From: Paragordius varius | Taxonomy: Eukaryota > Animalia > Nematomorpha | Reading direction: 5' to 3' | Assembly: GCA_964247055.1 (NCBI GenBank) | Contig: OZ176056.1 | Coordinates: 5,828,001 to 5,892,000 of the forward strand | Length of the DNA stretch: 64,000 nt | In this document: in pieces, positions 27,701 to 41,500 of the stretch | Position numbering within the stretch: position 1 is the stretch's first letter | How the letters are laid out: each line of letters starts with the position of its first letter | Position numbers and translations under genes: made by a program | The notes under the pieces: generated by a model | What the model was told of the DNA's origin: nothing | Database searches by the model: none | Seen by the model: the letters and a program-made list of their open reading frames with translations, nothing else

Positions 27701-30700
27701 CTGGATGAAAGGAAAACCAAAGGATTATATTGATGGTACCTCAGATAGTATACGTTTCGTTCCAATTGAGAAAAGTATTTTTAAAGAATGAGTCAGAAGC
27801 CGGTTGGCGAGAAGAAAAAGTAGTAGAGCGGACTGTATTACTGTCATACAATATCGAAGATAGAGGTAAGGTGTTACTAAAACACACTGATTAATTAAGA
27901 GGGTGAAAAGAAAGTCCAAATGAACTTAATACAAGAAAGAATTGGAATCGGAACAACAGAATAATATAATGAGAATATCATAGCTAACCCCTATCATAGT
28001 CCTCTTATTGATAACAATATCAATAATTGAGATGCCAATCCCTCCCCGGACATTTATCAAAAATTCCACAATAATCAACAAACTCCTTACGGCGATAAGA
28101 TTGCGGAACTTCCAAGCCTGGAAGTACCAATCGAGAGACGCTATCCCACAGAAGCCAAAAAGCCCGTGACAGATACACGAATCACTTTTAAATTTAGATA
28201 GGTGATAAGTTATGTATCATAACTTAATAGTTTTTGTTAACTTAACTCAATTTAGTTAACTTATTTGACCTTATATATGCTTTAGTTAATTTAGAATAAA
28301 ATATAAAGTTATCCTTCACTCTTACCTTAATGCATACATTTTTGTCCTTGTTACGTTAAATATGTATATTACCTTGGTAGTATATGCTTTCACCAAATTA
28401 CTGTAATATTTAACCTTATGCAAAAATGCAACCTTGCTTTAAAACTAAATAATGGATTATATTTACACTATATATTTTTTATACTACAATGAATTTTGCT
28501 ATTCAGATTATCAAAGCGAAAAAATATTAATACATTCGAATATGTTTTTATAAATATGGTTTAAAAATAAATTGGCCTCGTTCAAGTTCCATAAATTTAA
28601 AATGACTAAATATGGCATTTTTTACATTAAAATAAAAAATCAAATTATAACAATTAAGAAGTGCTTTCCACATCGCATTTCGGCCACGTTCGACTGTAAA
28701 CTGTTCAAAAACAGACGGTTTGAAAGTAAATATTAAAACGGTGTGGTTGTTTAAATAAGTTAATAATGCTTATTCATGTGAATATTTTATTATATGGATT
28801 AAAAATTTTAGTTGCTGTTGTTGTTTAACAATGAGTTTTTATGGTACATCGTAAACTATCCAGCTATACCAACAACTAAAAGTTTAGAAAAAACTTAGTG
28901 GTGAATTGCCTGTTTTAATAACCAAGGAAAGGTTTTAAGCTTTATTTTAATAAAATATTTTAAATATATATAAATATATATAATACTAAAAACTACGAAT
29001 TCATAGATAAAATTTGTTGAGAAACGTGGTAAATAATTGCGTTTCAAACAAAGCCGAATAAAATGGTTGATCTTCAACGGATTGTTCCAACAAAAAAGCT
29101 TCCTTATCAAAGAGCATATCTGAAGCAGGTACAGGAATTGGCCTAATAACAATACTAGAATTCGCTTGTTTTTCCAATCCAAGTATGTTATCATTATTTT
29201 CCTTATCTAATTTAAGATATAAAAAAATATTTAACAATTATTATTTTTAAACATAAAATCATAAAATAATAAGATTTCTCGAAATTGACTATGGGAATTC
29301 TATGATACTATCGATTAAAATTATTTGTAAACCTTAAAATAGGTATATTGACACGCTAATGATTAAATTCAATATGCACATAATCATTAACTTTTTTAAT
29401 CAATATTACCATCTAAAAAATAAGAAATCAAAATATTTGTAATAAACTGCTTTTAACCAAAAATATACACTTAAAAAGTAGAAATAAACTATCATAATTA
29501 AATATACTTACATGCATTCAATTGAGAAAATGAAAAATCTATGTTAGATGATAATTCATTCGATAAAAGGCCCTCAGAGTAAGATTGAAGCTGCACGGGT
29601 TTAACTACACTTGATTTAACTGGATGGCCCAATAAAAAATTTGGTAAATTGCGAAAACATTGAGCAAAATGGTATGCAAATATGGATCTTATCATAAAAT
29701 TTACTGCGGTTTGAATAGCCAACATAGATGGTAAATCTATAAAATTAGTGTAATAATTTTTTAACAAAACCAAAATAAAGAATATAATTTGCATTTTCAA
29801 TATACTACTCATGTTCACCTTAAACATATCGAATTCGCCTTTAATTTCAAATCTTAAACAATTCAAATGTACCCAAAAATAATTAGTGCGTTTCTAAAAA
29901 TGATCTATATTACTTAATATATTAAAAAAATATAATTTTGTTTAAGATCAACATAATAGAAAAAATAACAAAATATGGCACAAAACATATTTCATATAAA
30001 TAAAAAATTAAATTAGCCTGAAAATTCAAAATTTTGTTCGAGGGTTTATAAATTATTATAAACTCACATTTATTGAGGGTTAAATTGGGGCGTAAATGGT
30101 ATTTATAACATCGCTTTATATTAAAATATTTTTTCCAATTATAATTAATCTGATTAAAGTTTTGAATTAAAGTAAACCTCAAGTTATATAAATTTACTTT
30201 TATTGTCAGGAGCGGGTTTGGGCAAATTCGTTAAAATTTGCAACACATTTTTGGCTAATGCATTGTGATTAGGCAAATGTAATTCAAACCTACAAGAATT
30301 GTCAAGGGTTGACCAATTTGTCGTTTGACATGAAGAATATTTTTGATAGCTACCAATATTCTTTTGTAAAGAAAAATTGGGTTGTTTCCAACTCTCATTC
30401 GTGCTAGAGTTATTGTCAATCCTTATATCATTTCCTGCAGGTTCCATAACAAAACTGTTTGGGAAAAATATTTGACCCGTATCGAGATTGGCATAGAAAA
30501 ATGGATGGTACTATATTTTTTTAAAAAATAAGATTAGTTAATATTGAATCTAAGATTTTTTGTCCTTTAGGCTATGCCTATATTTATGGTTAGGTTTGAA
30601 CGGAAAATTTATTTTATCTATTATTCTTAATTTTAATTATGATTTAAGGTGTGCCAAATTTTATATAATTCTTAAATCTTTAAATATTTGAAGTGTAAAA

Positions 30701-32462
30701 ACTATGGTTGATAAAGACAATTATTTTAAATAAAATAAATGATCAATGTTGCGAGCGCAATAACTAGAAAATATTAACTTAATTTCAAAAGTGTAATTTA
30801 TAGATTATATAATATCGTTTTTTATATTTGTGATTTATCAAAAATAATAAAAATTTTTGTAACCCAGGAATGCTTTAAAATTTGGCCAGATTTGCAAATT
30901 GCATTTGAGTTTAAAATTAAATGAGTTAAAAATATTTTATTAATCTTATCAATTGCGTTTACATGTATAAAACGATAATTACACTGTTAAAACGTTATGA
31001 CAGATTGAAACTAAATTTTAAACCAATTGATATTTAATATATTAAACCATAAAAATATTTTAGATATTTATTTACTCCTATTTAATTTCAAAAAAAATGT
31101 ACGAATCTCCATTTTAAACTTATTTAACAGTTTTAACCAGGATTGCCTCAAAGCTATAGCTAAACGGCATTTTCGAACTAAAAAATACGACGAGCCGCAT
31201 TAAAATCTAAAAACAACATCGAAACTTTATATAATCTGTACAATTAATAGTGAATGCCAAAACACAACCTATAGTGTTTGTAAAATTGAAGCAATAATAT
31301 TTCAAACAAGTCATTTATAACACTTCAAAAAAGTTTTTGAGGAATAAATTAATTATATTTATATTTTGTATTTTACCAATATTTCACAAATGAAAAATAA
31401 ATTATACAATTTTAATTTTATTGAGCACAGAATATAGCTAATGACCGTATCTTGAGTACCCTTGATTTAAAACTGTCACTCACTAATTAACTAGCTAGTG
31501 TATACCAGACTGAAATTTACTAATTGTATTGTACCATTCCTTCCAAATAACTAAGGACACTGCTGTGCGCAGCAACATTAAAATCTTTTTTCGATACATC
31601 CTCATTACAATTATAGCTTGAGGCTATGGTAGTTGATTGAAGTAATAAGCCCATACAAAATGGAACGGGCGCTTGAATAAAATTAATCAAAGAGAGTGGT
31701 AACAGTGGGACATACACATGATTATATTCAAATGGATATATTAAACAACGCAGTGTTTCACAAAATGCCACAAGCTTTTCTCCATCTAATGATATACCAA
31801 AATAGATATACAGTAAAAATTAAAGTTATCCGTAGAAAAAACGTACGTAAAAATATAAAAAAAAATTTTTAAAACACAGTCAACCACACTTTTTAGACTA
31901 TATTATATATTGTTATGCAATATATAAAATAGAGAAGAATTTTTGTTTTTATAAAATAAGTCATATAGGAAAAATTAACGTTCGAATATGGCTATCTTTT
32001 GAAAATAATTACTTATCATTATATTTTTACATTCGTCTGTATAATTACAATTTTTACTGTAAATATATAGTTAGAAACTTTTAAATGCGGATAAAGTCAA
32101 CTCCATAAATGTAAAATATATGTTATAATTAAATAAAAGTTACCCGTTAAAAATGATATTGCGCAAAAAGCCTACAGACTATTGCTGTACTAAAAGTACA
32201 CCTTATGTTTTAAACTTATTTTACTAATTTAAATTGCCAAATAACCAGCACAAGTTTATGTTTATTGGCGCTTTCTTTCTAAAAAAAGGCCTCTAAAAGT
32301 TAGTCTACATAAAGTCGAGTTATATAATGCATTAAATTCAAACCTTTTGAAACAATCAACAATTGTTTCTCTAACAGAAGGTATACCATAATGTACAGAA
32401 AAAGATCAATGTTATCAAAGATGCCCAATACCCAAGCTATATCGTATTGAAAGATTGGTAAA

Positions 32463-32511
<49 letters not shown>

Positions 32512-35500
32512 TAATAAAATATAAAAATATGGGATATGAAACAAATAATAATTAGGAATTTCTGAAAGAGTTTAAAATTCAGAGGACAAGGTGAGGCAGT
32601 GTGTCAATTAAAGAAGTCGTATAAATTACATCAAAGTTTTTTGATTTTTAGATATAATTAACTTAATACACTGATTTTTTAAGTCTATTTAAGCATATAA
32701 AACCCTTGTATGCATAGCCTTTTATAGATTTATGGATTACTGGGACATCTTAATTGTTGAAATTTTTAAATGTAGTTATAATTGTTAAGTCATGTTGATA
32801 ATATATAATATGCATTCTTTTACTATGAAAATTAAAAAAAACAAAATATGATAGTAAATTTTTGCATATAATTGCAATCAAATTATTGATTCGATAAATA
32901 AAAAAGCGTTAATAAAAATAATTATCTATTACCTTTGTGAAGGACGTTGTGGATTTTAGCTTTAAGTATACTGCAATCATTATTTTCCGGTGCCTTAGCC
33001 CAAAAATCATTTATATTGATAGTTAGGAAACGGTAATATAAAGAATATTCTGTTTTAATGTCGCTGTTGCTATACAAATTTTTAAAGGAAGTTTCTTGTT
33101 GAAAATGGGTAATTTTTCGAATAAATTGAGATATAATGTGTGCTTTCCAGCCCATACATAAGATATTGGGTGATTTTCTATATTAAATAATTTAATAAAA
33201 TATATATTCTGTAAAATTTTCCTTAACAAAGCTCAATAAGCCTTACAATATATTTTAATCAATTAAACAAAAAAAAACTTTTCAAAATCACGGGTGATTG
33301 TTTCGTTCGGATTGATTTCATCCTATTATAAAAAAAAATCCAAACTTATTATATATATATATATATATATATATATCATAATGTGCTAAATTTATGGTAA
33401 AAAAATGTTAATCGTATTTATGGATCAAAAAACTTACCAGCTTCCGAACCGATTTAAATACTCAACCTAAATGTTTGTGTTTCAATAATCTTTGAATTTA
33501 ATAAAAAGCGCGTAAAATTCCAATAATTAAATTTTAATAAAATCAAAATTATTTATATTTAGTAAAAAATTTGATATAAAAATTCTAAAATTGAAAAATT
33601 TTTAAATATCAGTTTTGTTTAAAAAACGCTTAATTTTCACACATTAGCGTCCTAATTTTAATGGTAAAAACATATGATATACATATTTGGCATGTAAGAT
33701 ATACAGGAATAAAAATAGGCTATTTTTATAAAATTTATAATAAAATTATAAAATATTTATACTTTGAATAAAATTTAAAATGTGTCTTCGGAAATCAGAT
33801 AATGTTAAATAAAAGTGGTTAATTACGTCGCGAAAGTATGAGCCCTAGGTTTAGGTTTACAATTAACTAAAATGTGACTTTTTTAAAATGCCAATGTTTG
33901 CAGGGCACATCATCATGGGTAGGATTTTACGTAACACATGCCCTTTTGTACAACTAAGGATTTTACAGATCAATAAAAACTGGCCTTTTCCCTTAACGCA
34001 TTTTCATGCCCCGGTCAACACCGCATGATGGCAATGTAAAACATAAATTGCTATTTAATCAAATGTACCTACCTACCTACCTTGATAAAATTTAACACAA
34101 TTTGTTTAAATTGAACCATATCTATGCTGTTTGAATACATTGTATCCAATGTAACCAAAAGTTGAAACATAGTATCAAGCAATTGACGATAAATTTGGGT
34201 GTAAAATGAATCCGTTATAATACACATGGTTTCAGTAGCATATATATCGTGGATTTTTTCATCGTAAATAACATCTATGGCACAAGTTGATTGGAATTTA
34301 AATTATTGTATTATATATATATATATATATATACCATTTCCACCTCGTACTCACCCATGAACGATTTCAAATCACCTTAAATGAATTATGTGAATATCAA
34401 AAATTACTTAAAAAATTAATATAAAATAGAATAAATAATACTATGGCATGAAATATTTCATATTAATGATGAGATAGTTATATTAGCTCAAAAACGCATG
34501 CTAGGGCAAAAGAACTGCTTAATGATGATTTTGAATTGTTTAAGGGTGAATTAGAGGTGTAAATAGTATTTGGTTTTCTCTTAAATAATAATATACCATT
34601 ATTCATATCATACAGCTTATCCGTTATATGTAAACTATCCATGGCATAATTCTAAAAAAAATGAAAAAAAACAAATATTAAATTGCACACAATAGTTTTT
34701 CGAATATTTGAGTCAAAAACTTACGAATTGTGAGGTTAAAGAATCTAATAAATCTGGTGGTTTAACCGTAAAGGGTGTCTTATTTTCCCTAATGTGCGGT
34801 AATGAAAATGACCAAGACACCGATTTTGGGTTTGATACTGATATAGATTGTGTCAAGACATTAGATGTGGTCTAGATTATATTTGGAAATATTAAAATAT
34901 GGTGGTTATATATATATATATAATTCTGTATGATTTTTATTTGTACAATTAATTATAATATAGAATGTGTACGCACTGTTTAGTTTGATATTAGCTTTAA
35001 TTTAAAAAAGTATAATTTAAAACATTTTAGCATATACCTTAAAATTTAGGGTCAAAATTTAGTTATTCTATTTTAGTGTTTTTATTTGGTGAAACCAAGG
35101 ATTTATTAATCACAAATAAATCGTCAAAAGAATATATACGTTACCTGTTATAAAAAAATTTGATAAATTTTGATGATGAATTATTTTATATTGAATTTGC
35201 TGCTAATTGAAAATTAACACATTCTAGTGTTATACATATTTTTTAAACTTTTTTAAATAAGTTTTAACATTTATACAGTAATTAAAAATCGTTTAAAATG
35301 CAAAAATCACATTCTCAAAAATCTGATAAAACAATTTTAATCTAAAAAGTTGAAAGAAAAAAAAACTTGTATGTACAGAATTACCGTATTATTTTGGCTC
35401 ATAAACATATTTCGATCCTTTTTACTGTTATTATTATTGGATTCAGTTAAAATATTTGGTTCATTGGATATAATGTTTTGTTGAGGAGTAGTTACATATT

Positions 35501-38500
35501 CATTATTTTCTGTGGTCGAATTATCATCAATAAAAGTACATCTAAAAAAAATAGCACATACTGTTTAGTTCTTTTTTCCTTTTTTATTAAAGGGTAAGAA
35601 CTTAAATTGTATCCGGATTTGTCAAGGCTTTAGCACTCGCCTGCCCAGGGCTGACAGTGATGATGTAAAAACTGCACATTTTAGGGGTTCGAACTCTGGC
35701 ACGCAGTGTAAGAGTCCGGCGCCCTACCTACTATACCATCACAAGAATATATTCCATTTACAATTGAAATTCATCCTCGCAAACAATTTAAATTCCCCTC
35801 CGAACAATTCAAATTCACTCTGTAACAATTCAAAATAAATTAGATGTTTTCGAGAACTGAAATATATCTTTATGATTTATTATTTTTTCAGTATTATTTT
35901 AATTGTGAACAAAATTTCATTTTTTTAAAATAAAGGTAATTTTTAATTTTAAAAACCATATATTTTATTAAAATTGAAAAAAGGTTTAAAATATTTTGAA
36001 ACAAAAACAATATGTACCGATAAAAATCCAGGGGAACTGGATTACCATATTCCTTGCTAGCTAAAAAAATATTTGGATAAAAATACAAAAATAAAAAATA
36101 TATATAATAATTTATGAAAATGTTATATTTATAGTCTGTTTTAGCTAATAAAATCAAAATATTTTCGTTTTCTATTTGATTTATTTTTATGGAGTATTTT
36201 TTTCCAAAGCGGATAGATATAATATATTAAAAATATATATCTCTACCTTTTAACATAATTTATATCTAGGATTTAGCATTAATATCTAATTTTTGGGGAT
36301 AATTATGTTTACTAGATAATAGTGAGTATTTTAAATGGAATTTGAAAAGGTTAGGACTCATTCGGAGTTTTGTGTCCAAGAAGTAATTCCCGCCATAACT
36401 TACGATCTTAATACTTTGATTCAAGTCCATTTTAATATTATCATTATAAGAGTGGTCGCCCCTTTCTTCTTTTGCCATCAACATTAATGTTTTCAACAGT
36501 TTTTAAAGGATGGGTGGCGTCTCTTCTCTGAGTATGACCGTAGACACGCAATCTATTAGTTTGGATGATATAATCGATTCCATCGGTTTTTTTAATAAAA
36601 GTTGGTGATTCTGGTGTACAAAAGCATTTAAGTATTCTTCGGCTTTCACTAGTTAGGAAATTTGTTTAATTAGTTCTTTTGTTTTATGCCCAAGTTTCAG
36701 AACCATAGGTAAGAGCTGGTCTTATTCCTGCTTTGTAAAGATACCATTTATTATTATTGTTAACATTTTTTTTGGAAAACATATTTTAACTGATTATATT
36801 TTCTCCAACCTTGTTGTATTCTTCTTTTAATAGCCTTTTGTAGGCTGCCCTGAGATGATATGACATCTCCTAAGTAAACAAAAGAGTCTATCAATTCGAT
36901 ATTACCATCAATGTTAAGTAACTTTAGTGGATTAAAAATATTATTACTATCAAACAATTTAAACATTAAAAATTTATTGCATTTGTTAACTTGCCTTTTA
37001 TGTTAGAGTAGTTTTTATGTACCCATATTGGACATGATATGCATTTAATGGAATCCGAACGTAGTTTTTTCCTGCAGATGGAGCAAGGGTATCTGGGTGT
37101 TTCACTTTCACCCGTTATCATTATTTTTGTTTTTGTCGGGTTTGTAATTATTCCATATTGCTCTAGGCATTTTTTCTAGTTATTTGCCAATTGATCCCAT
37201 GATCGTGTCGTTCAAGGTCGTTGGCGAATAACATTTCCCAAGAGCACTCGGTTCTTATCTCTTCTGTTGCTGCATCCATTATTGAAGAGGAGTGGGCTTA
37301 GAATTGAACCTTGATGCAGTCCAGCGTTGGTTGGGAAATTGCTTGTATTGCCGACATTGGTTCTAATGTTGTATTTTTATAAAGTAGTAATATGATTCGT
37401 ATAGTAAGTTCCTCTATTTCGTTCTTAGGCAATACCCATTGAATTGTGGGAGCGTGGTATTTGATCAAACGCACGTTCAAGATCTACAAAGACATGATAT
37501 AGCTTTTGTTTCTTTTCCAAATATTTTTCTTGTAAGCGTCTTGCAAACTGATTTGAATCTATGTTTATATGTTTTCTCAGCCTGTTTTCTAATATAATTT
37601 CGAATAACTTAAATGTATGTTCCAGAAGTTTCAAAAATCTGTAGGACGATATTTTTAGTCGATCGTCTTTATTTTTATAAATGGGGATTATTATGCTGTG
37701 ACAATCGCTGGGAGTTTGGTTTGTTATTATTATTTGGTAAAAGAGTTTAGTCAGATACTCTGCAGTATCTTTGATGGGTCGGATGAGGTCGATTGAAAGG
37801 CTGCTTGGGCATGGAGCTTTGTTGCTTTCTAATTTATTGATTGCAGTTGTGACTTCATATATGGTGATTTCTTGTATGGGACCAGCTACTAATGTAACTG
37901 TGCTAAAATATTTGGTAGGATTTTTTTGGTTGACTTGTTTTTTTAAGTTTGTTTTCCAAATTTCTTTGACTTTCGAATCATCTTTGACACATTTTATGGT
38001 TTTAACATCTTTATTACTATTGTTAAGGTTTTTGAGTCTTTTTAAGATCGCTTGGTTTTTAAAATCTTTTTCTAAACTTTCTGCGATTTTAACAGATTTT
38101 TAATTAATGGCGCGTCGAATGGCCTTTTGAACATCTCGTTTTTTATCATTATAAACTTTTTACCATCATTATTTTTGGCTTTTCCATTTTTTATAGGCTT
38201 CGCATTTTTCGCACAACAATGGTTTTATATCATTTTTCCACCACCAATTTTTTCGATGTCTCATAGTTTTAGTAAAGCCGCAATGTTTTTTGGCAGATGT
38301 AAGAGTTGTGGATTTAAAGTTTTTCCATAAAATTTCGACATTGTTTTGTTCCGGTAAATTTAAATCTGTGTTTGAGTATAATAGGATAATCATTTTGGAT
38401 GCTTTAATAGCTATATTTATTTTTTGTGGTTGAAATACGGTCTTACGAATTTTCTCAATAATTATAGATGCTGTAGTTAGCTTGTGTTGGTAAGAGGATT

Positions 38501-41500
38501 GATGGTAAGTTTTGATGTTTGTTAGATGTTTCCTAATGTTTTTCTATCAAAGATGAGTGGTCACCAGAATTATATGTTATATGCTGATTGGTTTTTTCCT
38601 TAAAATGGGTATTTACAACTTAACTTGATTTGCATTACAAAATTCTAGTAAACTCTCACCCATCTTATCGAGAGTTTATATACCATTTCCGCCATGAACG
38701 CCATAGTAATCATTGCTATCATTACTTATATGGCAATTAAAATCACCATCAACAAAAGTTTGTTCGCTAGAAGAAGTTTTGTTCATCAAATCATAGAGGT
38801 CTTCCCAATATTCGTTTTGTTTCGCTTAGACCAGATTGAGGTGTGTAAGTTGAAACAATATTTATTTCATTATCATTCATCAATTTGTTTGAATCATTCT
38901 TGGATTTAGTCTTAATACATCAATTATGTTATCACGCTAGTTGTTTTCATGAAAATCGCAACACCACCTAGACCCTTGTCGTTTCCTTTATAGAATAATG
39001 TATATCTAAGTTTTTCAATCCCTCTCCTTTCATTCTGGCCTCTTGGATGCAACATATATCTATATTGTTTTGGCTAAGAATGTTTGTTACCATTAACATT
39101 TTGTTTACTAAGGCACCCACATTCCATGCGGCGAATTTCAGAACTGTTTTATTATTATTACTGAGGGTATTATTTATACCAATAGTTATTTTGGTAATTA
39201 TTATTATTCAAAGTATATATCATTTAACCTATGCTAGAGTTTTGTGTCTTCTAAAATCTAAAATTGGGACAGCACCAAAACACGATTGAAACGAACAGCT
39301 GTCATTAAAATCAAAAATATAGTTTTTGTTGGAAAATGTAAGTCTGAAAGATTTTTAAAGTTAATTATTTACATTTTCTAACCATATTATATATATTTAT
39401 ATATATATTCTGCAGTTTTAAAGGATTTAACAAAAGATATGGTATAATGCGCCTAAAAGGCCAAAGAAAGCACATTTTTAAATTAAGCTTCCATCCATCC
39501 TTTCGTTTTAGGTCCCAGGGTATCTGGGGTTTGTATGCACTAACTTTGTGAACAATGTTCTATCACAGACTTGTTCGTGTTCAATATTGAATTGTGATAG
39601 ATCTTGGGTCTGTTTGGACCATGTGAGTTTAGGGCGGTCTTTTCTGTTTAAGCCGGGTATGTTTATATATTTTGTATTTTTTGTACCCGGTTATCGGAAT
39701 TCATACGTTGAATATGCCTATAATATCGCAATCATTTGATAGTTTTATTATGCCTATAATATCGCAATCATTTGATAGTTTTATGCACATCTCCTGTGAT
39801 TTGAATCATGATTGTTTGTATTGATATTAAGACCGTATTTATATAACTGTTTTGACCATATTAGATAATTTTGGAGCTTCTGCAGTAATTATAAAGTCGT
39901 CTGCGTAGACCTTCTCTAATATCTTGTGTTTTGTAGTCAAATATAGATATGAAAAGAAGTGGGCTTAGGACACCCTGATGCAGCCCAGTATTCATACTAA
40001 AACACTTTCAATTCATAACATGCAAGAACACAACTGATTGAGTTATGTAGATTAACATAATTAACCTAATGGATATTCATCTACGTTGTTGTAGCGCAGT
40101 GATTTTATTATTAGTGCTCTAGGTACTGAGTCGTAAGCCTTTTCTAAATCGACAGAAAGGTGGAATAGTTTAAGACCTTTTTGCTAGGTAATTATCTTTT
40201 AATTGTCTGAGTAAGAAAATTGGATCGATTGTGCTTTTACCCGCTGAAAAGGCCAATTGCATTGGATTAATTGATATGAGTTGGACGATACGATATTTAA
40301 GGGATATTTCAAAGATTTTTAACCCATGTTCAACAAGTTATAAGGGTCTGTATGAGGAACAGGTTAGGATATATCCTTTATTTTTAAAGATGGGAAATAA
40401 AATGCTTTTTTCCCAGTCTGTGGGTATTTTCATTTCAACTATTATTTTGTTAAATAAATTTGTTAGAAGCATGGAAATATTGGGTATTAATTTTATGATA
40501 GAAAAACATAGTTCACTAGGGCCCGAAGCCTTTTTTGATTTCATTTGGTCTAAGGCAATTTCAATTTTTTGTATTGTTAATGTCCTTTTAGGACCACAAC
40601 AGGGATCTCTGCCAGAATTTATGATGGGTGTTAAAGGGTTGTTTAAATTTTGATTTATAATTATTGAGAAAATTCGGAAGACCGTATTTCAACCACAACA
40701 AATAATTATAGCAAAATTAAAGCATCCAAAATTATTATCTGAATATACTCAAAACACAGATTTACATTTACCGTAACAAAACGATGTCGAAATTTTATGG
40801 AAAAAATTTAAATCCACAATTCTTACATCTGCCAAAAAACTTTGCGGCTTTACAAAACCTATGAGACATAGAAAAAGTTGGTGGTGGAAAAATGATATAA
40901 AACCATTGTTTCGCGAAATATGCGAAGCCTATAAAAAATGGATCTTAAATTTTAAGATATTCAAATTTTAAATAGCTCTAGGATATAAAATTACCCCAAA
41001 AGGTAATGGAGTGTTAAAAAACTAAATAAGTAAAAATTAAGATTTTAGGTAGGTTAAATTTACCTTCCACGTTGTTATCAGAGAGTATAGATATTGGCTC
41101 GCTATCACGATTCTATATATCATTATTAAATAAAAGGCTTTGTAATTGTTATCAAAAATTGATTTTTTTTAAACAAAATGTAAACTTACAGGATGATTAA
41201 GACTTCTTTGGATAATACTACGACTGAGTTGGGCCATATGCAAAGTATTTAACTTGGAAAACGATTCCAAAATTAGGGGATTTATAATTTTTTTATAATA
41301 GGACAAAGCATAGCCGTAAAATTGAATCCCGTCTTCCTGGGTTAAAATAAAGGGATGAAAATGGCTTGCGCCTTCTATTCTAGTTTTGGATTTGATGTTG
41401 AAAACTATATATTTTTTAAAAAAATACTTTTTTCCTTTATGAATAACTTTAATTTTATACCATATGGACAACATAACTATGGATTAAAAAATGAATATAC

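Noticed and set aside
33900-34050. DENN-like reading NLCFTLPSCGVDRGMKM as an exon
   Set aside because: All three frames close quickly and joining it needs an implausible splice. Exon 33177-32933 bridges the phases without it.
35684-35742. Functional tRNA gene
   Set aside because: A and B boxes are present, but there is no acceptor stem or clean anticodon arm, and it runs into a repeat body, so it was called a SINE.
36266-36496. ORF 36266-36496 as a DENND5 exon
   Set aside because: Its first half is the RTE LINE C-terminus (RGDHSYNDNIKMDL), and exons 41064 and 36060 join in phase without it.
21690-41479. Stop-codon reassignment to explain in-frame stops in DENND5
   Set aside because: The stops are of three different types (TAG, TGA, TAA), and one coincides with an intron AG end. 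About 45 other exons read cleanly under the standard code.
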